Part shown: positions 18,037 to 33,400 of the stretch, in pieces
How the letters are laid out: the number at the start of each line of letters is the position of its first letter
Position numbering within the stretch: the stretch's first letter is position 1
Source: a virus
Strand: one strand, 5' to 3'
Length of the DNA: 64,000 nucleotides
Virus record (IMG/VR): IMGVR_UViG_3300013093_000020
Notes under the pieces: model-generated
What the model was told of the DNA's origin: nothing
Seen by the model: the letters and a program-made list of their open reading frames with translations, nothing else
The model's database searches: none
Translations under genes and position numbers: made by a program

Positions 18037-21000
18037 ATGACTTCTACGACACGACAAAATACGCTGCTAGCCGCAGAAGATTGGCACAAAATTTACCAAA
18101 GTTTCCGTAATGCCGACTTCACTAGCTACGACTTTGACAATTTGCGTCGTACGATGATTGACTATATTCGTACAAATTACCCAGAAGATTTTAACGATTA
18201 CATAGAAAGTTCAGAGTACCTAGCTCTTATAGATTTGATAGCTTTTGTTGGACAAAGCATTGCATATAGAGTGGATCTCAATGCACGAGATAATTTTTTA
18301 GAATTAGCAGAAAGAAGGGAAAGCATCTTAAGATTAGCTAATCTTGTAGGATACAATCCTAAAAGAAATATGTCTGCTAATGGGCTACTAAAAGTTACAT
18401 CAGTTACTACTACAGAAATTGTATTAGATAGCAATGGTAGAAATCTTGCTAATCAAACTATTCTTTGGAATGATAGCGCAAATACTAATTGGTATGACCA
18501 ATTTTTTAAAATCATTAATGCAGCGTTCCCATCAGGACAACAGTTTGGGAACCCTGCAGATAGTGCAACCATTTATGGAATTCCTACTCAGCAATACAGA
18601 TTCAACAGCAATATAGGTGCTGTGCCGGTATTTGCATTTACTGAAACTATAGGTGGACAGCCTATGAGTTTTGAAGTAACTAGTACTACATTCAATGGAC
18701 AAAGTTATGTTTATGAAGAACCTCCATCAGTAAAAAATAATTTAGCTTGTATCTTTAGAGATGATGGGTACGGGTACGGAAGTCCTACAAATGGATTTTT
18801 TCTAAATTTCACACAAGGTACTCTTACACAAGGTACATTCACTATCAGTCAACCGACAAGTAATGAAAGTGTAGATATAGCAGCTAATAATATTAATAAT
18901 ACAGATGTGTGGCTATATGGGCTCGATGTTAACGGAAACGAATCAACATTATGGACACAAGTTCCTGCTTTGCAAGGTAATAATATTATCTATAATAGTC
19001 TTAAGAAGAATATCAAGAATATATTTCAAGTAGTTACTCAAGCCAATGATGCAGTAGCATTACAGTTTAGTGATGGAATATTTGGTAACCTACCATTAGG
19101 TACATTCAAAGTTTACTATCGCGTTAGTAACGGTTTAAGTTATATCATTAATGCCCGAGATATTAGGAATGTCTCAATTTCTATACCATATCTTAGTGCA
19201 AGTAACCAGCAACAAACTTTAACATTAAATTTAAGCCTTGCTAGTTCTGTAGTAAATGCCACGACATCTGAATCAAATGCCAGTATAAAAACAAATGCAC
19301 CGCAAACTTATTATACACAAGACAGGATGATTACAGGCGAGGATTATAATATAAATCCTCTGGCTGCAAGTACACAGGTTGTCAAAGTAAAAGCAATAAA
19401 CAGGACATCGAGCGGAATTAGTAGGTACTTTGATTTAATAGATCCTACTGGAAAATATTCAAGTACTACACTCTTTGGTACTGATGGTGCCTTGTATACA
19501 GAATATTATTTGAATGAATTCTTATTTTCATTCGTAACACAGACCGATATACAAGGTATTATTTACAATGACATTTTTAATATTTTAGCAGATACAAATT
19601 TAAAGAATTTCTTTTATTCTAATTTTAAAATTAATAACACATCGCCAAGTGTATGGACGACTGTCACTAGTGATAGTAATAGTACTACTGGATATTTTTT
19701 ATCAACCATAGCTAATCTACCTGCAAAAATAGGAACTAACTCAACTAGTACACTATATTATGCACAGATTGGATCATTGGTAAAATTTACAGCACCAGCT
19801 GGAACTTACTTTGATACTACAAATTATAATTCTATTACAACTATTCCAAATAGTGGATTACCTGACAATGCAACACAAGTGCTATGGTCAGAAATAGTAG
19901 GAGTTGTCGGCGATGGAACAACTACTAAAACTGTTACCGGTCTCGGACCAGTGACATTGAATAAAAAAATTCCAACCAATGCAATCGTATCAGCAATTAT
20001 ACCTGCATGGGCAACAGTTATAGATAGTTATACAGTAAACACTATCATTAATTTAATAGCATCATACCAGACTTTTGGTTTGACATTTAACACTTATTCG
20101 CAATCGTGGCAAATAATTATTGACACTAACCTTGATTCTAATGATGCATTTAGTTTAAATTTCCAAGGGAATAATGCTAATAAACAACTAGATGCTAGCT
20201 GGCTATTATTATTTTCTACAGATAAAATAAGTTATACAGTTAAGATTAGAGAACAGCGTTATATTTTTGAAAGTGCTAATCAGATTAATTTTTATTTTGA
20301 TGGCAGTAAAAAAATATATAACAATGTATCAAACACAGTAGTAAAAGATGGGATTACAGTTCTCAATATCAATAAACAACCATTTAGTACCAATAGTTTT
20401 ACCATCGACCAACCTTGGCAAATTATAAGCGAATATATAGGCATTGATGGATTTGTTGATAACACTAAATTAGTAGTTGGTTTCAATCAAACAGATAGTA
20501 ATCAGGGCGTAGATAATCCAGAAACTTTTTACAATATTGTTTATGGCGGAAGCCCGGTCGAACCGACTTATATTTTACAACAAAAATATTCTGTAACAGA
20601 TGGGCAGGAAGATTATCAATATGTCGCAAATACAGGACAGGTAATAATAATTACTACCAATAATCCATTACAGTCACTAACATCATATACTGATGGGCAG
20701 TACTTTTATTATCCTGACAGTGATACAACTTTCAAATTACATTTAGCAACAGCAACACTAAATCCCACATTAGATTATAAAGTTTTTGTAGGACGAGATA
20801 ATTTAAAATTCCAATATATCCATAATGCCGACTACGAGAGCAGGGTGGATCCGGGCGCAAGTAATATTGTCGATATCTATGTGCTAACACAAAATTATGA
20901 TACTCAATTTAGACAATGGGTGGCCGGAGCAATACAAACTGAACCGTTGCCCCCTGGTACCGATGAATTGTATGATTTATTAAGTCCTAATTTAAATCTA

Positions 21001-21489
21001 ATTAAGAGTATTAGCGATGACATAGTTTATCATCCTGTTACCTATGTTCAATTGTTTGGACAAACTGCCGCATCTGAATTACAAGCAAGTTTCCAAGTAA
21101 TTATTAATCCTGAACAGGTAGTATCTGCTAATGATGTCAAATCAAGAATTATTACAGCTATTAATGAGTTTTTCTCTGTTAATAATTGGGATTTTGGAGA
21201 TACATTCTATTTCACCGAACTTTCAACTTATGTGATGAATAAACTAAGTCCTGATATTACCATGTTTATTATTGTACCAAGACAAGGGACTAGCAACTTT
21301 GGTAGCTTATTTGAAATTACATGTAACGGTGACCAATTGTTTATTAGTACAGCAACAGTTAATGATATTGAGATAGTCACAGGCATAACCGCTACCGGCA
21401 TTAAAGCAATTCCAACCCAGGCAACAATGTCGACGACAGCATCAAGTCAAATTATTTTAAGCACAGCATACGGATCTTTAAATGGCTGA
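18037..21489 (+). CDS. gp6: Baseplate wedge protein gp6-like
   Basis: DFDNLRRTMIDY..DFNDY, ESILRLANLVGYNPKR, FSDGIFG, QDRMITGEDY; AATAAATA late motif at 18013-18020. Confidence 0.85.
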   Translation: MTSTTRQNTLLAAEDWHKIYQSFRNADFTSYDFDNLRRTMIDYIRTNYPEDFNDYIESSEYLALIDLIAFVGQSIAYRVDLNARDNFLELAERRESILRLANLVGYNPKRNMSANGLLKVTSVTTTEIVLDSNGRNLANQTILWNDSANTNWYDQFFKIINAAFPSGQQFGNPADSATIYGIPTQQYRFNSNIGAVPVFAFTETIGGQPMSFEVTSTTFNGQSYVYEEPPSVKNNLACIFRDDGYGYGSPTNGFFLNFTQGTLTQGTFTISQPTSNESVDIAANNINNTDVWLYGLDVNGNESTLWTQVPALQGNNIIYNSLKKNIKNIFQVVTQANDAVALQFSDGIFGNLPLGTFKVYYRVSNGLSYIINARDIRNVSISIPYLSASNQQQTLTLNLSLASSVVNATTSESNASIKTNAPQTYYTQDRMITGEDYNINPLAASTQVVKVKAINRTSSGISRYFDLIDPTGKYSSTTLFGTDGALYTEYYLNEFLFSFVTQTDIQGIIYNDIFNILADTNLKNFFYSNFKINNTSPSVWTTVTSDSNSTTGYFLSTIANLPAKIGTNSTSTLYYAQIGSLVKFTAPAGTYFDTTNYNSITTIPNSGLPDNATQVLWSEIVGVVGDGTTTKTVTGLGPVTLNKKIPTNAIVSAIIPAWATVIDSYTVNTIINLIASYQTFGLTFNTYSQSWQIIIDTNLDSNDAFSLNFQGNNANKQLDASWLLLFSTDKISYTVKIREQRYIFESANQINFYFDGSKKIYNNVSNTVVKDGITVLNINKQPFSTNSFTIDQPWQIISEYIGIDGFVDNTKLVVGFNQTDSNQGVDNPETFYNIVYGGSPVEPTYILQQKYSVTDGQEDYQYVANTGQVIIITTNNPLQSLTSYTDGQYFYYPDSDTTFKLHLATATLNPTLDYKVFVGRDNLKFQYIHNADYESRVDPGASNIVDIYVLTQNYDTQFRQWVAGAIQTEPLPPGTDELYDLLSPNLNLIKSISDDIVYHPVTYVQLFGQTAASELQASFQVIINPEQVVSANDVKSRIITAINEFFSVNNWDFGDTFYFTELSTYVMNKLSPDITMFIIVPRQGTSNFGSLFEITCNGDQLFISTATVNDIEIVTGITATGIKAIPTQATMSTTASSQIILSTAYGSLNG

Positions 21490-24400
21490 TCAAACTAATC
21501 AAAATGGCAATAATTTTGCCAGCTCAACTATAATTCCTCGCATCTATCAATCGGATGCAAATAAAAAGTTTTTAACTGCTACCTTAGACCAGTTAATGCA
21601 GTCTGGTACGGCTAAAAAAATAAATGGTTTTATAGGTAGAGAAAATGCAAAAGCATCGACTGGTAAAGATGTCTATGTGGCAGCAGTTGACCAAACAAGA
21701 CAAAATTATCAACTTGAACCTGGGTTAGTTATAAAAGATACATTAGGTAATGTTACTTTTCTTAAAGATTATCAGGATTACATTAATCAACTAACAGTCT
21801 TTGGAAGTAATACTAGTAACCATGCTAGACTAAACAAACAAGAAATGTATTCTTGGGATCCGCATATCGACTGGGATAAGTTTGTTAATTTTCAAAACTA
21901 TTATTGGTTACCATATGGCCCGGATGTTGTTAAAATTTCAGGGCAACAAAAAAATATAGTTAGTACCTATACTGTTAATCTAGTTGACGAAGGCGGCAAC
22001 TATCAGTATGTCTTTACACCTGATGGTCTAACACCTAATCCTACAATTACTTTATACAAAGGGCAGACATATAAATTTGAAGTTAATAGTCCTGGAAATC
22101 CTTTTGCAATAAAAACATCTAGAACTGCCGGTAACTTAGATTTTTATAATGAATCTGAGCTAATAACTAATAATGGTGTTGAGGTAGGTACATTAACCTT
22201 CTCAGTTCCAGAAGATGCTCCTAGCCAATTGTATTATTTGAGTAATAATGATGCTAATGCTGGCGGATTGATTTTAGTTCTTCCAATAACAGATAACTCT
22301 AGTTTAGACGTTGAAAAGGATATATTAGGAAAGAAGAATTATACTTTACCTTCGGGAATTTCTTTAAGTAACGGTATGAAGGTAGCTTTCGAAGGAACTA
22401 TTACACCGAGTAATTATTCGTCTGGTACTTATTATGTTGAAGGAGTAGGGACAAGTATATCTCTTGTATCTTCGGACTTGCTAGAAATTATAAAACCCTT
22501 TACAGCTGCAGATCCTGTGCCGTTTGATAGCGGAGGATTTGATACACAACCTTTCAGTGATGCAACTTCTTATGCTGGAACAAATGATTACATCGTAATT
22601 AATAGATCTAGTAGAGATCAAAATCCTTGGTCAAGATTTAACCGTTGGTTCCATAAGGATGTAATAACTTTGGCTGCAGAAGCTAATGGGGATATTCCTA
22701 ATTTAGATCAGGCAAGTCGAGCGATTAGACCTATTATAGAATTTGAACCAAATATAAGATTGTACAATTTTGGTACTAAAGCATTAGCCGATGTTGATTT
22801 GATAGATACTACAACTACAGATGTTTTTAGTTATGTAGAAGGAAAATTAGGCTACTATATAGACGGTATAGCAGTCGCAAACGGACAACGGATTTTATTT
22901 ACAGCAGATACTGATTTGTTTGTAAAAAATAAAATATTCCAAGTAAATTATTTAAACATCGAAGGATCCAACCAAATCCATTTAACATTGGTAGATACTC
23001 CATTAGAAGATAATTGTGTTTTAGTAAAACAGGGTGTATCTAATCAAGGACAAACTTACTGGTTTGATGGATCAGTTTGGATTTTAGCACAACAGAAAAA
23101 TACAGTTAATCAACAACCATTATTTGATATTGTTGACAAAAATAAAATTAAATTCTCTGATATAACAACATATACCGGATCTACATTTGCCGGAACAAAA
23201 TTATTTTCTTATGCAGTTTCGTCAACAGGAACTACAGACTCTGCTCTAGGTTTTCCTATAAAATACAAAAATATAGACAATATTGGTGATATAGTTTTTA
23301 ATTTTAATCTAGCACAAGATTCATTTACATACAAATTGAATAATACTATTGTTAGTAAAAATGTTGATACCGGATATCTCATCAGAACATCACTTGACGG
23401 ATCTGCAGAATACATTAATGGCTGGCAAATTACCAGTATACCAGTTACCCAAGCTGCAATACGCATTTATAAAAATTCAGGATTAGTAAATAATTTTATA
23501 ATTGATATTTTTGATGACGTTAATAATTTAGATGATCTAATTGTAAAAATTTATATTAATGGTACACGATTAGGTTCGGAAAATTGGACGATTGCGAGTG
23601 GTACTACATTTAAAACAGTTGTACTAAACACAGATATATTAACTACTGATGTTCTTACAATAAGAGCATTTTCTGCCCAACCTATAAATGATAAAGGGTA
23701 TTATGAGATACCTTTAAATTTACAAAATAATCCTTTAAACAGTAATATTGATACATTTACTTTAGGAGAAGTGATAGATCATGTTGGTTCGATTGTTGAC
23801 AATATTTCTGGTTTTGTCGGGGTGTTCCCTGGTACTAGTAATTTAAGAGACATTGCTAATCTATCTACTTATGGTACAAAATTTGTACAGCATAGCGGAC
23901 CGTTAAGTCTTGGATTGTATCATGTAACAAATCAAGATACTAACATTATCAAAGCAATTGAAAAGTCGCAGAATGATTATAATATTTTTAAAAGAAACTT
24001 TATAACAGTTGCTGAAAACATCGGTATTGATACTGACACAATTTCTTTAGTAGATTTAATTCTAGGAAAAATTAATTCCACTAAATCTAATACTGGACCT
24101 TACTATTTTAGTGATATGGTTCCTTATGGAGCTAGTATAAAAACTGATATTACAGTTTTAGATGGCAGGACAAAAACTTATCCACTAAGTGCAGTTTTTA
24201 ATTTAGATTCATTATCTTCTAAATCGGTATTGATTTATCAGAATAAAAATCAATTAATACATGGACGAGATTATACCTTTGATAATCAAGGATTTGTTAT
24301 TATTACCGATTCTGTAAATTTGCAAGCAGGCGACATAATTTCAATATTCGAGTATGAAAATACTGATGGATCATTCGTTCCAGAGACTCCTACTAAATTA

Positions 24401-27400
24401 GGAATTTGGCCGGCTTATGAACCTAAATTGTACCTAGATACTAGTTTAATTAACCCTGTGATGGTAATCCAGGGGCATGATGGTAGTCAAATACTTGCTT
24501 ACGGTGATTATAGAGATAATTTAATTTTAGAATTAGAAAAAAGAATTTTCAATAATATCAAAGTAAAATATGATCCAACAATATTTGATATACATGATCT
24601 AATTCCCGGGTATACTAGAAACACAGACTATACTTTAGATGAATTTAATGAAATACTTGCACCATATTTTTATAAATGGGCTACACTAGTTGATAAAGAT
24701 TTTACAACTCCATTAAGTTTTGATAGAAATAACCCATTAACTTTTAATTATAAAGGTCATTATGCTCCCGATGGCCGACCAGTTCCAGGTTATTGGAGAG
24801 GAATTTATCGTTGGTTGTTTGACACAGACCGTCCTAACTTATGTCCTTGGGAAATGTTAGGATTTACCATCGAACCTGTATGGTGGAATTCAGTATATGG
24901 ACCTGCACCATATACTAGTGATAATTTAGTTTTATGGCAAGATATTGCCAATGGTGTAGTTAGAGATCCATCTGCTGCACCTTATGTAATTACGAAATTT
25001 ATTCGTCCTTGGTTAATTAAACACATTCCTGTTGACAGTCAAGGAAATATACTTAGTCCGTACGATGCCGGTGTTGCCCAGGGCACTATAACTTATGATA
25101 CTGCTGGCGATTATATATTCGGAGATGTAAGTCCTGTAGAGGCGGCATGGCGTAGAGGAAGTTATTATCCATTCGCTGTATTACTAGCATCTTTATTACT
25201 ACAGCCTGCTAAAACAATCGGAACACTATTAGATCGTTCAAGAATAGTAAGGAATTTATCTGGCCAATTAGTTTATTCTGACACAGATAACAGGATTAAC
25301 CCAGGTTCGATTGAATTACCTGGCTTATATAATAGTATTTCTACTACCAGGACCGCTGGAATAATAAATTATGCTATTAACTATGTATTGGGAGATAGCG
25401 TAATTAAGTACAACTCTTATGCTTACGATTTATCTAATATTAATACAAATTTAACTTACAGGATTGGAGCATTCACCAGTAAAGATCAATTTAATATTAT
25501 ATTAGATTCGAGAACCCCATTGAGTACGAGTAGTAGTGTTTTTGTTCCTCAAGAAAATTATGATATAGTATTAAATTCGTCAAGCCCTATAACTAAAATT
25601 AATTATAGCGGCGTTATTGTAACAAAGTTAACAGATGGTTATACTGTTTCTGGTTACATCTTAACTAATCCTTACTTTGAATATTATGATTATCAAGGTA
25701 CCGGTATATCAGTTAATGTCGGTGGAGTGAGCCACTCCTATCTAGTATGGCATCCAAAGCAAACCTATGCCCCAGGAAATATTATTCAATATAATGGACA
25801 ATATTATTCAGTATTGTCCTTGCACACTACTATTGAAATATTCCAATCTCAGTATTATTCAGTTTTAGGAGCTTTACCAGTCACTGGCGGAGTTAATGCT
25901 TATTTTAAAAATACCTGGGACAAATCAAAAGTAATTAAAGTTCCTTATGGGACAAAATATAGTCACATACAAGATGTGGTAGACTTTTTGCTTGGATATG
26001 GTGAATACTTAAAAGATCAAGGATTTATTTTTGATGAATATAATAATAATCTTAATGCTATATCTAATTGGGAAACAAGTACTAAAGAATTTATGTTCTG
26101 GACTACACAAAATTGGAGTACTGGAATAGACAAGTGGCAAGAATGGTCTCCCACACAAACTATTAATTATAATTCTATAGTGAGATATGATGGTGATTAT
26201 TATCAAGCATTACAGACAATCCAACCGGGAGATGCAACACCTAATACTAATAGCCACTATATAAAATTAGATGGATTAAGCACAGTAGGAAGTAGTGTTA
26301 TAAGTCTAAGTCCAGCAGCAAATAAAATAACCTTCAATGTACCATTGGCAGTTGTTGATGATATTACTAATCAATTCAATGGTTATGGAATTTACAAAGT
26401 TGATGGAACTGAATTTGATTTTCAATCTTTGTCATCATTTCGAAACGGCAATATAGTAACTTACACTCCCGATAACAATGACGGGATATACGGTGCTACT
26501 TTTTATCTAATACAGCAGGAACAAATTGTTATTATAGATAACAGTACAATGTTCGGTGACATTATCTATAATCCAGAAACTGGATATAGACAAGAACGAT
26601 TAAAAATATCTAGTTATGTTACTGTAGGCTGGTATGGCGGATTTGATGTTCCTGGATTTATTATAGATCGAGCACAGATTAAAAATTGGGAATCTTATCA
26701 AGATTACAGTCTAGGTGATATTGTATTATATCAACAATTTTATTATACAGCTAATAAATTTTTATCAGGCTCACAGTCATTTGAAGTTACAGCCAGTAAC
26801 GGATCGGCAAATTGGATTAGATTAAAATCTAAGCCACAACCGAAATTGATTCCAAACTGGACATACAAGGCTACCCAATTTACAGATTTTTATAGCCTTG
26901 GTGGAGATAATTTTGATACAAATCAACGCTCAGTTGCTCAACATTTAATCGGTTATCAGAAAAGACAATACTTGAATGATATTATACAAGACGATGTAAG
27001 CGAATTTAAATTTTATCAGGGAATGATATATGAAAAAGGAACACAAAATGTTCTTAATAAATTATTCGATGTACTAAGTTCTGATAACCTAGAAAGTTTA
27101 AATTTCTATGAAGAATGGGCCGTTCGTGTTGGACAGTACGGTAGTTCTAATGCGTTTAATGAAATAGAATTTATTTTAGATGAATCTAAATTTATTACAA
27201 CCCCGCAAGGATTTGAGTTATTACCGTCAGTAACTCAATCATACAAAGATTTTATCATAAGATTATCTCCTAAAGACATTTATCTTCCACCTTCTTCATA
27301 CGATAGCAATCCTTGGCCGTTAATAACAAATTACCAAAGTTTTCTAAGAAGCGCAGGTTATGCAAGATTAGACGAAGTAGCAGTTACTCTGAATTCTTTA

Positions 27401-30400
27401 AGTGACATAACATCTCAGAATATTAATAATTTTAACGAGGGTGATTATGTTTGGTGCGGTTTTGAAAATATAAGTTGGAACATTTATAGATTAGTAAGGA
27501 CAAATATTAGAGTTTCTAATATTCTTTATAGCAATAGTGTTCTAACAATATCTACTACAAAAGATTTAGGATCAATAGTTGCTGGATCCTATATAGGTTT
27601 GAAAGAAACCGGAATAGTGGACATTAACGGAACTTATGTGAATTCATTTGATGGGTTTTATCAAGTAAGTTCTGTTACAAATAGTACAATGACTATTAAT
27701 GTTTCTTTGCCTAAACAACCATCTAATCCTTTTACAGGGCAAGCAGACATTGTACTGTTTACTTTTTTAAGTCATCGTGCATCAAGTATTGATGTTCTTG
27801 ACCAGGTAGTTACACCTGATTTGAAATCTGGCGAGCTGGCATGGACTGACGACAACGGTAACGGCCTTTGGAGCACATGGCAAAATAATCCAGTATATGA
27901 TGCATTTGAAGTAGCAAGCCCCTCAACATCAACTGGTTTAGGATTTGGATCATCTGTTGCTATAAGCCAACAAGGCAATATTCTAGCCACAACTAGCAAC
28001 TCTGGCGAGTTGATAATATACACAAAAATTAATTCAAACGCCCCATGGCAAATTAAGCAAGGTATTTTTATACCGTCCGGACTTATTGCACCTTATACCT
28101 TAGCATTATCGCCAGATAGTATATGGCTAGCAGTGGGCGTTCCGAGTGCAGCAAATGGCCAAGGTACTGTATTACTATATGAACAAGATAGTAATAAAAT
28201 TTTTAATCTAAAAGATACTGTAGTAAGTCCTAATCCGACTAACGGTGAAAATTTTGGATCAAATATACAATTTAGACAAACTTCCCCAGCCAGCTCTAAC
28301 AATTACAAATACTATACACTATTTGTGGGAGCTTCTGGTCACGGGTCCGGAACAGGCATTGTATATACAATTGATTATCAACAAGTTATACAGGCTTCTG
28401 CTATATATGACCCGAGCAATAGCAGTGACGGGGCGGTTACTAATATTATTGTTACTAATCCGGGACAACACTACAGTACAAATCCACCGCCAACAGTATA
28501 TATAACAGCGCCGACAGGAAATGTTCGTTCACAGGCCACAGCTTCTGCAACAACAGCGATTGTATCTGCTACTGTATATTCAACAATTGATTCCAACGGA
28601 ATCAAATTATACTATGGCGGATCTGGATACAATCTTGGAGATAAACTAAAAATTAATGGCGGAGTAACAAGCGGGTCATATGCTATACTAGAGGTAGTAG
28701 ATGTAAATTTAGATCCAGGATCTACACAATATGCTGTAGGCGGGATTAAATCAGTAGTTGTTAATTCATACGGTAATTATATTGCTTTCCCTTCGGGAAT
28801 AGTACCAACAACTAATCTGACCGGTTCTGGTAGCGGCGCAGAATTTTTATTAGATACCGGAGTCATATCAGTTCAAATTACAAATCCAGGTAATGGTTAT
28901 AGCCAGCCTCCTACAATTAGATTCTTAGGTGGTGGTGCTGGTGCCGAAGCTTACGGACTGATCGGCACTGCTGTAGTATTATCTAGTGTAAGCGGGATAG
29001 CACCGGGCATGATAATTTCTGGTACAGGATTTGTTAGCGGGCAAAAAGTATTACAGACCATAAATTCTTCTAGTACTGTAATTTTATCTGGAGCTCCTGA
29101 TAGTACACCTAGCGGTGTAATGAACTTTATTATACCAGAATGGAATCATGCAGGAATAGGATCAATTATAGCCCCGTCGGGTATCGGCTTTGGAGCATCT
29201 TTAAAATCATGTTTATCGACCCTGGTAGTGTCTGCACCCGGCTCATATGGTATTGCTGGCAAAGTATTCGTTTATACAAACATTGATTCGGGTTACACAT
29301 CACCTAGCCTAATTACTAATAATATTCAATATTTTGGATCTAGTATAGATTTGTCATCAGATGCTAAGTGGCTAGCGATAGGGTCGCCGTATGATTCTGA
29401 CACATATCTAAACCAAGGTTCAGTCAATGTCTATAACTTATCAAACTTGACGACTGTGTATCAAAGAATTCTAAGTAACAAGGCAGAGAAGAATGAATTA
29501 TTTGGTATAAAATTAGGTTGGATGAATAACAATCAAACTTTGGCAATTTATAGTGCAGGAGCAGATTCAGTAGTAGATGAAACCTTTGATGGGAATTCTA
29601 CAAAATTTGATAGTGCGTTTACAAAATTTAGAATTACAATTTTAGGAGATGGTAGGGTTGATATTTACGATAAATATAATAAGAATTATATTTTCAGTGA
29701 AAGCCTAGCTAATATTGCAGATATAGATAGTTCGAGCGGAACGCCAACTTATACTGGTAGAAACTCTGCATATGGATCTGGATTTACAGTAGGAACTAAT
29801 ATTGTAGTTGTGGGTGCCCCGTCGGCAATAGTTAATCATGTTCTTCAAGGTAGAATATTTTCATATAGTAAGGCGCCTAAGGTATTAAGTTGGAAAATTT
29901 TACATACTGAAATAGCTAAAACTGATTTAACAAAGATAAAAAGAGCATTCATTTATAATAGAGTGTCTAATAAAGTTGTTACATATTTGGATGTAATAGA
30001 TCCATTACAGGGAAAAATACCGGGCCCCGCCGAGCAAGAAATAACATATAAGACATTTTATGATCCTGCGTTGTATTCGGTTAGTGATGTTACAGGAGTC
30101 AATGTGAATCCGGGACAGGCATGGGGCAAGGCACAAGTTGGAACACTATGGTGGGATTTAAGAACTGCTAAATTTATAGATAGTCATGATGATGATATAA
30201 TATATAGAACTAGCAGTTGGGCTACCCTATTTCCTGGAGCTAGCATTGATATCTATGAATGGGTGCAAACAACTTATACCCCTAGTCAATGGAATGCTTT
30301 AGCAGACACTATTGCCGGCCTAGCGGTCAATATCAGCGGTCAAAGTTTGTACGATAACAATACATATTGTCTGGTGAAAAAATACGACAATATTAGTAAA

Positions 30401-33400
30401 ACTATAAAAAATATATATTATTTCTGGGTAAAGAACAAAGCCGTAGTTCCTAAATTGCCTAATAGAACAATACCTGCAAGTGGAGTGGCCCAGCTTATCG
30501 GTAAGCCAGAAACTTATGGCTACAGTTTTTTAGCTCTAACCGGATCAAACAGTTTTAGTTTATTTTTAAATGATGTAAAAACAACTGTGAAAGGTACTAA
30601 TTCAGTACTTAGTGTACAATATTGGACTATTGATAATCCTAAAACAGCTAACATACATAGACAATATGCGATTATAAATGATAATCCCAATACTATTTTA
30701 CCTTCTAAAATAGAACAAAAATGGTTTGATAGCCTATGCGGAAAGGATCAGAATGACAACGATGTCCCTGATATTTCCCTCCCATTAAAATTACAATATG
30801 GCGTAGAATTCAAACCTCGTCAAAGTATGTTTGTAAATCGTATCGAAGCCTTGAAACAACTTATTGAGCAAGTAAATCGATACCTGATAACTTATGAAGT
30901 TGTAAATCAAAGAGACATTTCGCCTTTAAATTCATATGATACTCCGCCTGTTTATTCGGGAGCAAATAATACTTTATTTGTACCTAGTGGTCTTTTTGAT
31001 ACCGTTATAGATACTGATGCAGAATTAGTTTTTATTAATGTTGGTAATTTTACCAAACCTACACTACAGCCTATCATTGTTAATGGTAGAATTACTGGAG
31101 TAACTATCGTTGATCCTGGATTTGGATATTTCCAATCGCCTTACATAGAAGTTATGGGTACGGGAACAGGTGCAAAGATTAAAACTGTTGTAACTAATCG
31201 TAAAATAACTGGTGTAGAAGTATTATCAACTGGTGCTGGGTATGATTCTAGCACAAGTTTAATTTTAAGGAATTATTGTGTTTTAGTTCTAAATGATAGT
31301 CAAGCAAATAATACTTGGAGCATTTGTTCCTACGATACAACTAGCCAGACATGGTCAAGAATACAAACTCAAAGATATGATGTTAGAAATTATTGGTCTA
31401 AAGTTGACTGGTATGCATCGGGATATAATAGTTTCACTGGCATCGATTATTCAGTGAATACTTTTTCTGATTTGAATAATCTGACAACAAATATAGGACA
31501 GATAGTTAAAATTAAAAATACGAGCCAAGGTGGCTGGATATTATTAGAAAAATTTGCTTCAGCAAATAGCGCAGACTGGACACAAAGTTATAAAACTATA
31601 GCTGTTGAAAATGGAACTATTCAATTTAGTTCAGGATTATATAACTTTTCTAATACTGTCTATGGTTTTGATGGAGCATTGTATGATGGTGCAGACTTTG
31701 ATAATTCAGCAAGCACTGAACTTAGAATTATTTTAAACACTATAAAAAATAATATTTTAATAGATGATTTAAAACAAAATTATTTAGATTTATTTTTCTA
31801 TAGTGTAAGATATATCCTAAGCGAACAAATAGAAGTTGATTGGATTTTTAAAACCAGTTTTGTAAAAGCACAGCATAATGTGGGAGCATTGAACCAACCA
31901 GTAAATTATCAACCTGATAATTTACCAGATTTTCAAAATTATATTGCCGAAGTTAAACCTTATCGAACAAAGATAAGAGAGTATGTGAGCGATTATACAT
32001 ATACCGATCCTACAAATAGTGCTAGTATAGATTTTGATTTGCCACCTATGTACGAAAATGGAAAAATAGTTCCGGTACAAGCTACAGTACAAGATGGTCA
32101 GATAATTGTAGATAATGTAGCAATTGATTCTAGCGATCCGAGATACTATTGGAAACAAAATGCAGGTTATAAAGTTATTAATCTTGTAATAGTTGATGGC
32201 GGTCACGGATACCAATCAGAACCGATAGTTGAGTTTGTCAGCAATTCTGGAACAGGGGCACAAGCAAGGGCATTTATAGCAAATGGTTCTCTAAGAAATA
32301 TTATTCTTACTAATACCGATGCCTATGGAGCATCCGGAAATGGATATTTGTCTGCGCCACTAGTAGTTTTGAATGGCGGATTAATTGATGGTGGTAAACC
32401 GGCTAGGGTAGTTGCAATAATTGGCGATAGCCCTGTTAGATCTATCAATGTAGGAATTAAATTTGACAGAACTACTTATGGCTATTTCATAACTCAACTG
32501 ACAGAAACAGAAACATTCATCTCTAACGGCACCCAATTACAATTTCCGTTAAAATGGTCACCGAATATAGTTTTAGGTACTAATACAGTTACGATCGATG
32601 GACAGCCTGCCTTAAGAAATACATATACTCTCACCACAGTTGAATCAACATCTAAAGGTTATAGGAGTTATACCGGATTGCTTACTTTCTTATCAAATGT
32701 AACTAAGAATGCAGTGATTGAAATAACATACACAAAGAATTGGAACTTACTAAACGCTGCAGATAGGATTCAATACTACTATAATCCAACAAGTGGTATG
32801 CCAGGAAAAGATCTTGCACAACTAATGACAGGTATTGATTATGGTGGGGTAGCAGTCACCGGTATCGGATTCGATGTATCATATGGTTGGGATAGTGCTC
32901 CTTATTATTCAGATACTTGGGACAATAGTCAGGTATCATTCAATGACTATGCAGTTATAGTCGGAGCAGGAAATCACCTAATAACACTACCATATGTTCC
33001 ACCCGGTGGCACTGAGCTTAACATTTATTATAAAAAATGGTATGTTGAAACACATACAAGCACTGGTGTAGAAACGACATTTACATACAACATTAGAGTA
33101 CAGACACCGCAGATAACAGCGACCTTGATTAAGCCTTTAAGTTCGTCAAGTTTTACTAATATTGGCGGAAGTAATATATTAACACTTAGCGATACAAATG
33201 GCATTGAATTAAATGATATAGTAGCCATAACTCCAACATCGGCTAATTCTCTGTTATTAGAAACTTATGTTTCAAACATTAGCGGAAATACTGTTACTTT
33301 GTCTGTCAATGATCCTAACACAGGATTACCGACCCCAAGTGTATTATATAATACTCAAAACAGTTCTAATTCAATTGCATTTGATACTTCTTATGTTCTT